The notes under the pieces were generated by a model. That model was not told the origin of the DNA. It did not search any database and saw only the letters and a list, made by a program, of their open reading frames with translations. Made by a program: the position numbers and the translations under genes. Below are positions 28,086-36,218 of a DNA stretch of 64,000 bases, piece after piece (within the stretch, counting starts at the first letter, position 1; each line of letters opens with the position of its first letter). Location of the stretch: assembly GCA_035703525.1 (NCBI GenBank), contig DASSYA010000017.1:171304-235303 (forward strand), written 5' to 3'. This DNA is from Gemmatimonadales bacterium. Its GTDB lineage: Bacteria > Gemmatimonadota > Gemmatimonadetes > Gemmatimonadales > GWC2-71-9.

Positions 28086-28775
28086 ATGCGCGATGCCCGG
28101 TCCGGTGCCCGGACACGATCGCCCGCGCGCCCGCGTGCCCTGGTGCTCGCCCTTCTGCTCACCATCCCTGCACTCAGCCCGTGCACCGTCCGTGGACAGG
28201 ATGTCCAGTTCGGGGTCGGTGGGGCGGCGATCGTCCAGGCGGGAGACGGTGTCGGCGTGGAGTGCGACAGCCGCAACTACCGGCTCGCCCTCGGCGCAGA
28301 TCTGTCGGCTCGACTCCCCGTGACCGGACTCCGGATTGCGGCGACCGGGCGGTACTTCGGCGTCTCGCCCTCTCCCGGGTGTGTCACCGACCCGTTCGTC
28401 CCGCGTGATGGTGTCCATACCTTCGATGATCACGTTGCGCTGGAGAGCAGTGCGTTTGGCACGACCGATCTGCGACTCGACGTTGCGCCACTGCCGCGAC
28501 TTGTGGTGTCCGGCGGCGGGGGCATCGCCTGGCGCGGGAAGCAGCGGGGTCGGAACGCTCCCTACCTCCTTGCCGGAGTGGCCACGATGCTGCCCGGGCC
28601 GGATCGGATCCGGTTCCGCCTCGGGCTTGAGGTGACCTGGTTCCGGTTCGTCCACAACCGGAGCGAGGTCACCTTTGCGAACTACATCCCGATCGAGGTC
28701 GTCGAGCTTGGCGAGCGTCATTCCTGGGATCGCGCCGTGCTGCTCACTGCCGCCGCGCGGTTTCCCATCCCGTAG
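28086..28775 (+). CDS. hypothetical secreted/outer-membrane protein
   Basis: N-terminal signal-like region (ALVLALLLTIPALSP) and an alternating beta-strand-like pattern. No family recognised. Confidence 0.4.
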   Translation: MRDARSGARTRSPARPRALVLALLLTIPALSPCTVRGQDVQFGVGGAAIVQAGDGVGVECDSRNYRLALGADLSARLPVTGLRIAATGRYFGVSPSPGCVTDPFVPRDGVHTFDDHVALESSAFGTTDLRLDVAPLPRLVVSGGGGIAWRGKQRGRNAPYLLAGVATMLPGPDRIRFRLGLEVTWFRFVHNRSEVTFANYIPIEVVELGERHSWDRAVLLTAAARFPIP

Positions 28776-28918
28776 CGATGTCATTCATGCAGGGCAGATC
28801 ATCTCCCACCGACGCTCCGCAGCGGTTCCATCATCGTCGGGTCCTGCCCGGACGGTGTCACACCATGCGTAGTTTGCCCCTGCACCGCGTTCCTGTCTCC
28901 CCCGATCGGAGTTGTTCG

Positions 28919-30286
28919 ATGTCCGCCATCGCCCGCCTCATGACCATCGCCGTCCTCGTCGTGACCCCGTGTCTCCCGCTCACGGGCCAGGCCTGGCCGA
29001 GCGAGTCCGCGATCCGCGCCATGATCACGGCCCCGGTCGACAGCGGCTTCTACGCGGGGATCGCGGTGGGACTCGTCGCGCGCGATGGCACACGGCGCGT
29101 GGTGACCTACGGACCGCACGCCGGCGTGACCCCATTCGATGGCTCGACCGTGTTCGAGATCGCCTCGATCACCAAGACCTTCGCCGCCGCCATCCTCGCC
29201 GATATGGTCACGAAGGGTGAAGTGGCGCTCGACGACCCGGTGGTGAAGCATCTGCCGCCCGGCACGACGGTGCCCAGCCGTGGTGGTCGCGAGATCACGC
29301 TCCTCGACCTGGCGACCCAGACGTCGGGATTGCCGCGGCTCCCGGGCAACCTCGTGATCAGCGACTCGACGAACCCCTACGCGGACTACACGATCGCCGA
29401 CCTCGATGCCTTCCTCGCCCGCTATACGCTGCCGCGTGACATCGGCGCGAGCTACGAATACTCGAACCTCGGATTCGGGCTGCTCGGGCGAGCGCTCACG
29501 CACCGTGCAGGGACCGATTTCGAGACGATGGTGCGTCAACGCATCCTCACCCCACTCGGCATGAACGACACACGCATCGCCCTCACGCCGGAGATGAGAC
29601 GACGCCTCGCGCCGGGACATGCGGAGAACGGCACAGTCACGGCGAACTGGGACTTCCCCTCCCTGCCAGCGGCGGGTGCGCTGCGCTCGACCATCGATGA
29701 CATGCTGACCTACATCCACGCCAACGCCGACTCGACGTCAACGCCTCTCGGGCCGACACTGGCCATGACGCATTCGGCACGCAGGCCCGCCGGCTCCCCT
29801 GCGATGCAGATCGGCCTGGCATGGAACCGGGTCCGGGCACCTGCAGGTCACACCATCGTCTGGCACAACGGCGGAAGCGGGGGGTATCGCTCATTCACCG
29901 GCTACGACGAGGCCACCGGACTCGGTGTGGTCGTGCTCACCAACACCTCCCGCAGCGTCGACGAGATGGGCATGCACCTGCTCGACTCGCTCGTGCCGCT
30001 GCCCACGCTCCGGAAGGCCGTCTCGCTCCCGATCGAGGAGCTCGCGCAGTATGTCGGCACCTACGAGATCCAGCCTGGCGTGGTGTTCACGATCACCCGG
30101 GAGAGCAGCCAGCTGATGGCACAGATCACCGGACAGCCCGCCAACCCGATCTACCCGAGCGGCCCCGGGGAGTTCTTCTATACTGTGGTCGATGCGACAC
30201 TCTCGTTCCAGCGCGACAGCGCAGGAGCCGTGACCGGCCTCGTCCTGCACCAGGGCGCCCTGACCGTGCCGGCGAAGCGGAAGTAA
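28919..30286 (+). CDS. serine hydrolase, beta-lactamase/PBP-related (class C-like) with extra C-terminal domain
   Basis: SxxK motif FEIASITKTF and a YxN-like YSN motif, plus a signal peptide. GGAG lies 7 nt before ATG 28919. The track ORF start at 28778 is rejected. Confidence 0.8.
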   Translation: MSAIARLMTIAVLVVTPCLPLTGQAWPSESAIRAMITAPVDSGFYAGIAVGLVARDGTRRVVTYGPHAGVTPFDGSTVFEIASITKTFAAAILADMVTKGEVALDDPVVKHLPPGTTVPSRGGREITLLDLATQTSGLPRLPGNLVISDSTNPYADYTIADLDAFLARYTLPRDIGASYEYSNLGFGLLGRALTHRAGTDFETMVRQRILTPLGMNDTRIALTPEMRRRLAPGHAENGTVTANWDFPSLPAAGALRSTIDDMLTYIHANADSTSTPLGPTLAMTHSARRPAGSPAMQIGLAWNRVRAPAGHTIVWHNGGSGGYRSFTGYDEATGLGVVVLTNTSRSVDEMGMHLLDSLVPLPTLRKAVSLPIEELAQYVGTYEIQPGVVFTITRESSQLMAQITGQPANPIYPSGPGEFFYTVVDATLSFQRDSAGAVTGLVLHQGALTVPAKRK

Positions 30287-30332
30287 CAGGGCGCTGGCGC
30301 GCTAAGGGGCGCTCCGTACCGAGCCCACGGGT

Positions 30333-30355
30333 GGCCCGGCCCTCCGGGCCGGGCC
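30333..30355 (+). terminator. GC hairpin after the serine hydrolase gene
   Basis: Perfect 10-bp stem GGCCCGGCCC / GGGCCGGGCC with a 3-nt loop, 47 nt after the stop. There is no U-tract. Confidence 0.4.
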
Positions 30356-30570
30356 TCAGTGCCGAGAAGCGGCTGACAGCCGCTGGCCAGAAGCGCGAGT
30401 TCTCGGAACAGCTGCGCTTGACGCCGTGCGCCACGGCTCGGCGGCCCCCGAACAGACGCCGAACCTCCCGCGGTTCACCGGGCCACGCTGGCGGAGTCGT
30501 CCCCCCCCTGCTATTCATTCCCTGCACCCACCCGGCTGGCGGGGGGGGACAAGAGCTGGGAGGACAAGGC

Positions 30571-30954
30571 ATGGCGCGGAAGACCACGACCGTCCCGAAG
30601 CGGACGGCCACCGCTCGGTTGCGGCGCATGTTCGTTGATGGTGGCTATGTGCGGACCCAATCGCGCGCCGACGCGCGCGAGTACGGGACCGATGTGTACA
30701 AGAAGGGGCACGAGGTCCGACTCACCCTCGGATCGATGGCCGAGGCCCAGGAGGCCCGTGCCATGCTCGAGGTCGTCGGCCTGCGCGGTGGCAAGCCGTA
30801 CCAGAAGCACAGCAGGGTGATCCAGCCGGTCTACGGGCTCGATGCAGTCGAGTGGTTCCTCGACAACCTGGGCAAGGACCCCAAGTCACTCGGCTTCACG
30901 AAGGGCGGCCGCCGCCGGCAGCGCCGCACCCCGGTCCGACACGACGACGCGTAG
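30571..30954 (+). CDS. small basic hypothetical protein (127 aa)
   Basis: GGGAGGA SD lies 6-7 nt before ATG 30571. Arg/Lys-rich termini. No family recognised. The upstream 250 aa of track ORF 29821..30954 overlap the hydrolase gene and are rejected. Confidence 0.5.
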   Translation: MARKTTTVPKRTATARLRRMFVDGGYVRTQSRADAREYGTDVYKKGHEVRLTLGSMAEAQEARAMLEVVGLRGGKPYQKHSRVIQPVYGLDAVEWFLDNLGKDPKSLGFTKGGRRRQRRTPVRHDDA

Positions 30955-30967
30955 GCTCCTCACCTGC

Positions 30968-31005
30968 CTGACCCGGTGACCCCGATTCGGGGTCATGCGG
31001 GTCAG
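30968..31005. terminator. two-tier bidirectional hairpin between convergent genes
   Basis: Outer stem CTGACCCG/CGGGTCAG and inner stem GACCCCG/CGGGGTC with loop ATT. The right arm overlaps the PCu(A)C stop codon (31002-31004). Confidence 0.5.
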
Positions 31006-31463
31006 CGCACCGCATCCACCTCGTCATAACCGATCACGAACGCCTGGATCTCCACCGTGCCCGCCCGGGCAAAGGTGAGGCTGAGGCGCACCGAGTCACC
31101 CCGTGCCACGGCGGGAAGTGGCGGCTCGAACATGATGTGCCGTCCCCCTGGCGCCAGCAGCAGGGTCTCCCCGCCCCCGATGCCCATGGTCACCAACGGT
31201 TCCATTCCTGCCCCATGCAGGCTCGGCGTCGGGAAGCCCTCGCCTCCCCGTACCGCCACCAGGGTGTCTGGCACACTCCCCCGGTTCTCGATCCGGAGGT
31301 ACGTCGGCATCGGGCTGTTGCTGAACGGCACGAGCGCGTAGGCCGATCGGACCGTGATCTCACCACGTGAGGCAGAGGCATCCTTGATGCGCGCCACGAC
31401 CGGATTGGTGCGCGTGCAACTTGCGAGTATCAGGATCGTCAGGAGAGCTGGCAGCTGTTTCAT
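31002..31463 (-). CDS. copper chaperone PCu(A)C (DUF461) lipoprotein
   Basis: MKQLPALLTILILASC lipobox. His/Met-containing segment LHGAGMEPLVTMGIGGGETLLLAPGGRHIMF resembles the PCuAC Cu(I) site. Start at ATG 31463 by codon arithmetic. Confidence 0.7.
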   Translation of the reverse strand: MKQLPALLTILILASCTRTNPVVARIKDASASRGEITVRSAYALVPFSNSPMPTYLRIENRGSVPDTLVAVRGGEGFPTPSLHGAGMEPLVTMGIGGGETLLLAPGGRHIMFEPPLPAVARGDSVRLSLTFARAGTVEIQAFVIGYDEVDAVR

Positions 31464-31523
31464 GCCGATCAATATAGGTTTGGGGCTGGACGCTGTCCCG
31501 AGTCTCACCAAGGAGCATTGCTG

Positions 31524-31919
31524 ATGTGGCGGACCCTTTCCCAGGTGGCCGCGAGTGCCTGCCTGGTCCTGTTGATCAGTGTCGTCATGCCGAACCGGGC
31601 AGAGTCGACCCCGGAACTGCATCTGCGACTCACGAAGTCACAACCGGCAAAGGACACCCTCCTCGCGTCGCCACCGAGCGAAATCCGGCTGTGGTTCTCG
31701 GAAACACCGACACTCGCGCTCTCGCGTGTCACCCTTTCCGGTCCGGGTGGCAACATCGAGCTCGGGAAGGTCACCCGCGATCCGGACGACTCCACGCTGC
31801 TGGTCGCGAAGATCGTCCCGGAGCTGGTGGGTGGCAACTACTCCATCGCGTGGCGGACGGCCAGTGCCGACGGCCATCCGATCCGGGGGACCTTGCCGTT
31901 CTCGGTTCGTCCGGAGTAG
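31524..31919 (+). CDS. CopC-domain periplasmic copper-binding protein
   Basis: Signal peptide and CopC-like beta-sandwich sequence (LTKSQPAKDTLL...YSIAWRTASADGHPIRGTLPF). AAGGAG lies 8 nt before ATG 31524. The track start TTG 31518 is possible. Confidence 0.75.
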   Translation: MWRTLSQVAASACLVLLISVVMPNRAESTPELHLRLTKSQPAKDTLLASPPSEIRLWFSETPTLALSRVTLSGPGGNIELGKVTRDPDDSTLLVAKIVPELVGGNYSIAWRTASADGHPIRGTLPFSVRPE

Positions 31920-31948
31920 GCTGGGGCTCCCGCTAGCCGGAGCCGAGC

Positions 31949-32617
31949 ATCAAGTACCTCCTGATCGAGGATGACCCGCACCTCGCGGCAACGCTGCTCC
32001 GTGGACTGGGGGAGCAGGGCCTCCTCACCGAACACGCCGGGACCATCCGCGAAGGACATCGACGAGCGATCGAGGGGCATTGGCAGGCACTCATCGTGGA
32101 CGTGGCGCTCCCGGATGGTTCAGGGATCGAGCTCTGTCGGCGGCTCCGGCACGCCGGCAACACGACCCCGATCCTCATGCTCACGGCACGCGATGCGATC
32201 CAGGATCGGGTCACCGGACTCGATGCCGGTGCGGACGACTACCTGGTCAAGCCGTTTGCGTTCGCGGAACTGGTGGCGCGCCTCCGTGCCCTGGCCCGCC
32301 GTCCGGCCCCCCTCGTGCCGGACCAGCTCGTCGTAGGCGATCTCGAGATCGATTTCGTTGCCCGTTCGGCCGTTCGGGACGGCCGCGAACTCCGGCTCAC
32401 GGTCAAGGAGTTTGCGCTGCTCGAGATTCTCGCGCGCCGCGCGGGTGTCCTGGTCGACCGTCCGACCATCACGGCCGCCGTCTGGGACGAGAACCACGAC
32501 CCGTTCACCAACGTGCTTGATGTCCTCGTCCGGCGGCTGCGTCGAAAGCTCGACGACGAGGCATCCGTGCCCATGCTCGAGACGATCCGTGGTGCGGGCT
32601 ACCGGTTGCGCGCGTGA
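31949..32617 (+). CDS. OmpR-family response regulator (probable non-canonical ATC start)
   Basis: Receiver domain (KYLLIEDD, phospho-acceptor in LIVDVALPDGSG) plus winged-helix output (TIRGAGYRLR). The frame opens after TAG 31934-31936 and contains no ATG/GTG/TTG before 32096. GGAG (31939-31942) sits 6 nt before ATC 31949. Confidence 0.8.
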   Translation: MKYLLIEDDPHLAATLLRGLGEQGLLTEHAGTIREGHRRAIEGHWQALIVDVALPDGSGIELCRRLRHAGNTTPILMLTARDAIQDRVTGLDAGADDYLVKPFAFAELVARLRALARRPAPLVPDQLVVGDLEIDFVARSAVRDGRELRLTVKEFALLEILARRAGVLVDRPTITAAVWDENHDPFTNVLDVLVRRLRRKLDDEASVPMLETIRGAGYRLRA

Positions 32618-33918
32618 CATCGACCCAGGACTCCGGGGCCGTTCGCACCGCGCGTCGGCAGCTCACGCGCTGGTACTTGCTGACCATGGCGCTGATGCTT
32701 GGCCTCCTCGGTGCCGGCCTCTATCTCACCATCCGCCATCAGTTCCAGACCGAGCTCGACACCTCCCTCGCCCGGGCCACCGGCGAAGTGATCCGCGCTT
32801 CGCGGATCCGTGATCTCGAGGCGGGGGCCACCGGAACGGTGGTCGACGCCCTCGACGAACTGCGGATCCCTGACCGCTCACTGTACCTGATGGACTCCGA
32901 CGGGACACCGATCAAGCCGGCCCAGGCCGAGCCCTGGGTCATGGATGCGGCGCGACGCACCCCTGAAGGGGCAACCCTCGATCTGACCACGGAAGTCGCC
33001 GGCGACCGCACCCTCCGGATCCACAGCCAGTCGTTCGTGGCCTCGGGCGAACGCCACCGGATCGCTGTGGTCGTGGCTGACGAGGTGGAGCTCGAGCAGC
33101 AGTACGCCGCCCTGATCACCGCCTTCGGGGCCGCGGCACTCGTGGCACTCCTGCTGGTCGCCGTTGCCGGCCGGATGCTGGTCGACCGGTCGATGCAGCC
33201 GGTCGAGCTCGGCATCACCCGGATGCGCCAGTTCATGGCCGACGCGGCCCACGAACTCCGGACCCCGGTCGCTGTCCTGCGGACGCGGGCCGAGGTCGCC
33301 CTCCTCCAGCCACGCGATGCCGATGCCTACCGCGAGGCACTCGAGGGAGTCACGGCCGAGGCGACGCGATTGAGCGGCCTCGTGGGTGACCTTCTCCTGC
33401 TCGCCCATGCGGACGCGGGCGAGCGCCCCATCGAACCCGTCTACGGTCATCTCGACGACATCGTGCTCGACGCCTGCGATGCTGCACGGTCCCTGGCCAC
33501 CGTGGCCGGGGTGACGATCGAGATCGCGGGGTTCGAGCAGGCCGACGTGCATGCCGACCCTGCCCTGCTTCGCCAGGCCGTCATGATCCTCCTGGACAAT
33601 GCGGTCAAGTTCACCCCCCCCCACGGAACGATCACCGTGGCCGTCGGCACGACGGACAACGCGGCGTTCGTGACCATCAGCGACACCGGGCCCGGGATCG
33701 CACCCAGCGAGCGTGCGCGTGTCTTCGATCGCTTCATGCGCGGCACCGCCCCCCCCGGAGCAGGTCACCAGCCCGGCGCCGGCCTCGGGCTGTCGATCGC
33801 CCAGTGGATCGTCACCGCGCACGGGGGTCGGATCGCCTTGCACCCCGGGCGCCCCACGGGCACGGTGGCCAGGCTGAGCCTGCCGATTCCGGGCACGGCG
33901 GGCCGCAGCCTCTCGTAG
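32614..33918 (+). CDS. sensor histidine kinase (two TM helices, periplasmic sensor)
   Basis: H-box AAHELRTPVAVL, N-box LDNAVKFTPP and G-boxes DTGPGI / GLGLSIA. GTGA overlap with the regulator gene. Confidence 0.88.
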   Translation: MTSTQDSGAVRTARRQLTRWYLLTMALMLGLLGAGLYLTIRHQFQTELDTSLARATGEVIRASRIRDLEAGATGTVVDALDELRIPDRSLYLMDSDGTPIKPAQAEPWVMDAARRTPEGATLDLTTEVAGDRTLRIHSQSFVASGERHRIAVVVADEVELEQQYAALITAFGAAALVALLLVAVAGRMLVDRSMQPVELGITRMRQFMADAAHELRTPVAVLRTRAEVALLQPRDADAYREALEGVTAEATRLSGLVGDLLLLAHADAGERPIEPVYGHLDDIVLDACDAARSLATVAGVTIEIAGFEQADVHADPALLRQAVMILLDNAVKFTPPHGTITVAVGTTDNAAFVTISDTGPGIAPSERARVFDRFMRGTAPPGAGHQPGAGLGLSIAQWIVTAHGGRIALHPGRPTGTVARLSLPIPGTAGRSLS

Positions 33919-33966
33919 GACGCGCCGTGTCAGGTCACCGACAGGTGGCCGCAGTACACTCCCCGC

Positions 33967-35178
33967 ATGACCAGCACCCATCCGGCCCTGATCGGCCTCT
34001 GGCTCGTGATACCGCTCGGCAGCATCGCGGCGCAGGTGCCGACTCGCCCGCTCTCGCGGGTCGAGGCGCGGACGATGGCCGCCAGTGGCGGGCCCACCCT
34101 CCAGGTGGCGGCCGCCGACACGACGCTCGGCGCAGCCCTGGTCCGGGATGCAGGCCTGCGCGCCGACCCGACGCTTGCCACCTCGTGGACGAAGTCGACG
34201 CCCCGATATCACATCGAACTGTCCTGGCCCATTGATCTCCCGGGCGTGCGGGGCGCACGGCTCCGTGCTGCACGATCGTCCGCCGACGCACTCCGCCTCG
34301 GCTGGAGTGCGGCGCAGGCCAGTGCCGCCATGACGGCTGACACCCTCTACCTCCGCGCGCTGGAGTCCGAGGCCGTCGCGCAGGCCAGCACAGCCGATGC
34401 CATGACCGCTCGACGGTTGGCGGAGCTGGCGAGCGCCGGGGTGGCCGCCGGCGAGACCAGCCGGTTCGACGCCGCCCTTGCCGCCCTGTCGGCCGAACGC
34501 TCCCGTGATCAGCTCGCCAGCGATTCCCTGGCCCTGCATGCGGCGATGCTTGCCCTGCAACGCGCGGTCGGCGATTCGGCCGACACCATTCACTTGACGC
34601 TCACGGATTCCCTCGCGGCGCCGACGGCCGTGCTCCCGAGCCGGTTGAACGCCGACCTGCTCGCGGCCGATGCCACCACGCTCGCCGCCGACGAGGCGAT
34701 TCGCAGTGCGCGCCGGACACGATGGAGTGGCACCGCGCTCCTCACCGGCATCGAGTTCGGTGACCCGGCAGTCGCCCATCACGAACTCCTGCCGGTCATC
34801 GGCCTCAGCCTTCCGATCCCGTTGTTCAACCGTGGCCGCGGCGCGACGGCGATCGCCGAGGCCGAGGCGGTCCGGGCGAGCGCCGCACGAACCACGTTGC
34901 GACGTGAGCTCGAAACCGCCCGGGTGATCTACCGTGCGCAATTCGCGTCGGCGATGGCACGGCTCGAGCAGGACGCCGCGCGCCTGGCAACGGCCGACGA
35001 TCTCGAACGGATGGCGGTCCAGGGCTTCCGCGAAGGGGAAACCGGGTTGCCCGCTGTCCTGGAGGCGGCCCGCACCGCCCGCGACATCCGCGTCATGCGA
35101 GCCCACCTTCTCGCCGACGCCATGATCGCCGCGGCAGTCCTGGAACACGTGGGGCTCCTGGCCCCGGCGGCCCCATGA
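33967..35178 (+). CDS. TolC-like outer membrane efflux protein (OMF)
   Basis: 403 aa with a signal peptide and an Ala/Leu/Arg-rich coiled-coil repeat composition typical of OMF proteins. First gene of the OMF-MFP-RND triplet, joined by overlapping start/stop codons. Confidence 0.75.
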   Translation: MTSTHPALIGLWLVIPLGSIAAQVPTRPLSRVEARTMAASGGPTLQVAAADTTLGAALVRDAGLRADPTLATSWTKSTPRYHIELSWPIDLPGVRGARLRAARSSADALRLGWSAAQASAAMTADTLYLRALESEAVAQASTADAMTARRLAELASAGVAAGETSRFDAALAALSAERSRDQLASDSLALHAAMLALQRAVGDSADTIHLTLTDSLAAPTAVLPSRLNADLLAADATTLAADEAIRSARRTRWSGTALLTGIEFGDPAVAHHELLPVIGLSLPIPLFNRGRGATAIAEAEAVRASAARTTLRRELETARVIYRAQFASAMARLEQDAARLATADDLERMAVQGFREGETGLPAVLEAARTARDIRVMRAHLLADAMIAAAVLEHVGLLAPAAP

Positions 35179-36218
35179 CCCGCAGGATCTCGTTGCCCCG
35201 TCCCCTCCTCGCCCTCGTCGCGCTCGGTTCCGCGTGCGGCACGCCCGCTGCTCCCCCCCCCGACATTGCCGCGCCGACGGTGGCCACCGCGGTGGCCCGG
35301 ACGGACACCTTCGTCACGATCATCCCGGCCCTCGGTCGGGTGGCCGCTCGCGATGGCTTCATTGCGCGCCTCGGCGCACCCCAGCAGAGTCGCGTCACGG
35401 CGGTTCACGTCAGTCAGGGGGACCGGGTCACGGCGGGCGCACCACTCGTCAGCCTCGATCTTCCGGCCTTCCGGGCGCAGCTCGAGAGTGCCACCGCGCG
35501 CCTCGACGCCGCCGAGGCGGCGTGGCAGCGTGCCGTCCGTCTTGAGCGCGATGGGCTCGTCGCGCAGCGCGACGTCGAGCAGCGGGCGGCCGACCTGGCG
35601 GCGGCGCGCGCGGAATCGGTGAACAGTCACCTGAACGCCGAACGCGCCGAGTTGCGATCCCCGATCACGGGCGTGGTGGCATCCATGACGGCCACACTCG
35701 GCGCGACCGTCGATCCCGGCACCGTGCTGGTGGAGGTCGTCGATCCGGATCGACTCGAGATCGTGCTGGACGTGCCGCCGGACGTCGCGAGACAGTTGCA
35801 ACCCGGAATGCAGGCCGTCCTCCGGAGCGTGGCCACCAACGGCGACTCGCTGGGAATCGGAGTTGTCCGCACGGTCTCGCCGCTGCTCGACGCGGCGGGC
35901 GGCACCGTGCGCGTCCGCCTTCGTGTCGCATCCGGTCATGCGGCCCTCCGCCTCGGCGAATCGGTGCAGGCGGCCATCGTGGCTGGACGTGTGCCCGATG
36001 CCATCGTCGTGCCGATCGACGCCCTCGTCCCCGAAGGTGACAGCTTCATCGTCTACACGGTCGATGCCGATGGCATGGTGCACCACCGGCCGGTGCGCGT
36101 CGCCGGTCGAAATGCCGCGCTCGCCTCCATTTCGGCAGGGCTGAACGTCGGTGAGCGGGTCGTCACCACCGGCGCATACGGCATGGTGGACAGCACGACG
36201 GTCGGCATCGCTCCATGA
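35175..36218 (+). CDS. efflux RND transporter periplasmic adaptor (MFP/HlyD family)
   Basis: Lipoprotein-like N-terminus (ALVALGSAC), a biotinyl/lipoyl-like motif (SQGDRVTAGAPLVSLD), an alpha-hairpin and a beta-barrel segment. ATGA overlaps on both sides. Confidence 0.8.
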   Translation: MTRRISLPRPLLALVALGSACGTPAAPPPDIAAPTVATAVARTDTFVTIIPALGRVAARDGFIARLGAPQQSRVTAVHVSQGDRVTAGAPLVSLDLPAFRAQLESATARLDAAEAAWQRAVRLERDGLVAQRDVEQRAADLAAARAESVNSHLNAERAELRSPITGVVASMTATLGATVDPGTVLVEVVDPDRLEIVLDVPPDVARQLQPGMQAVLRSVATNGDSLGIGVVRTVSPLLDAAGGTVRVRLRVASGHAALRLGESVQAAIVAGRVPDAIVVPIDALVPEGDSFIVYTVDADGMVHHRPVRVAGRNAALASISAGLNVGERVVTTGAYGMVDSTTVGIAP

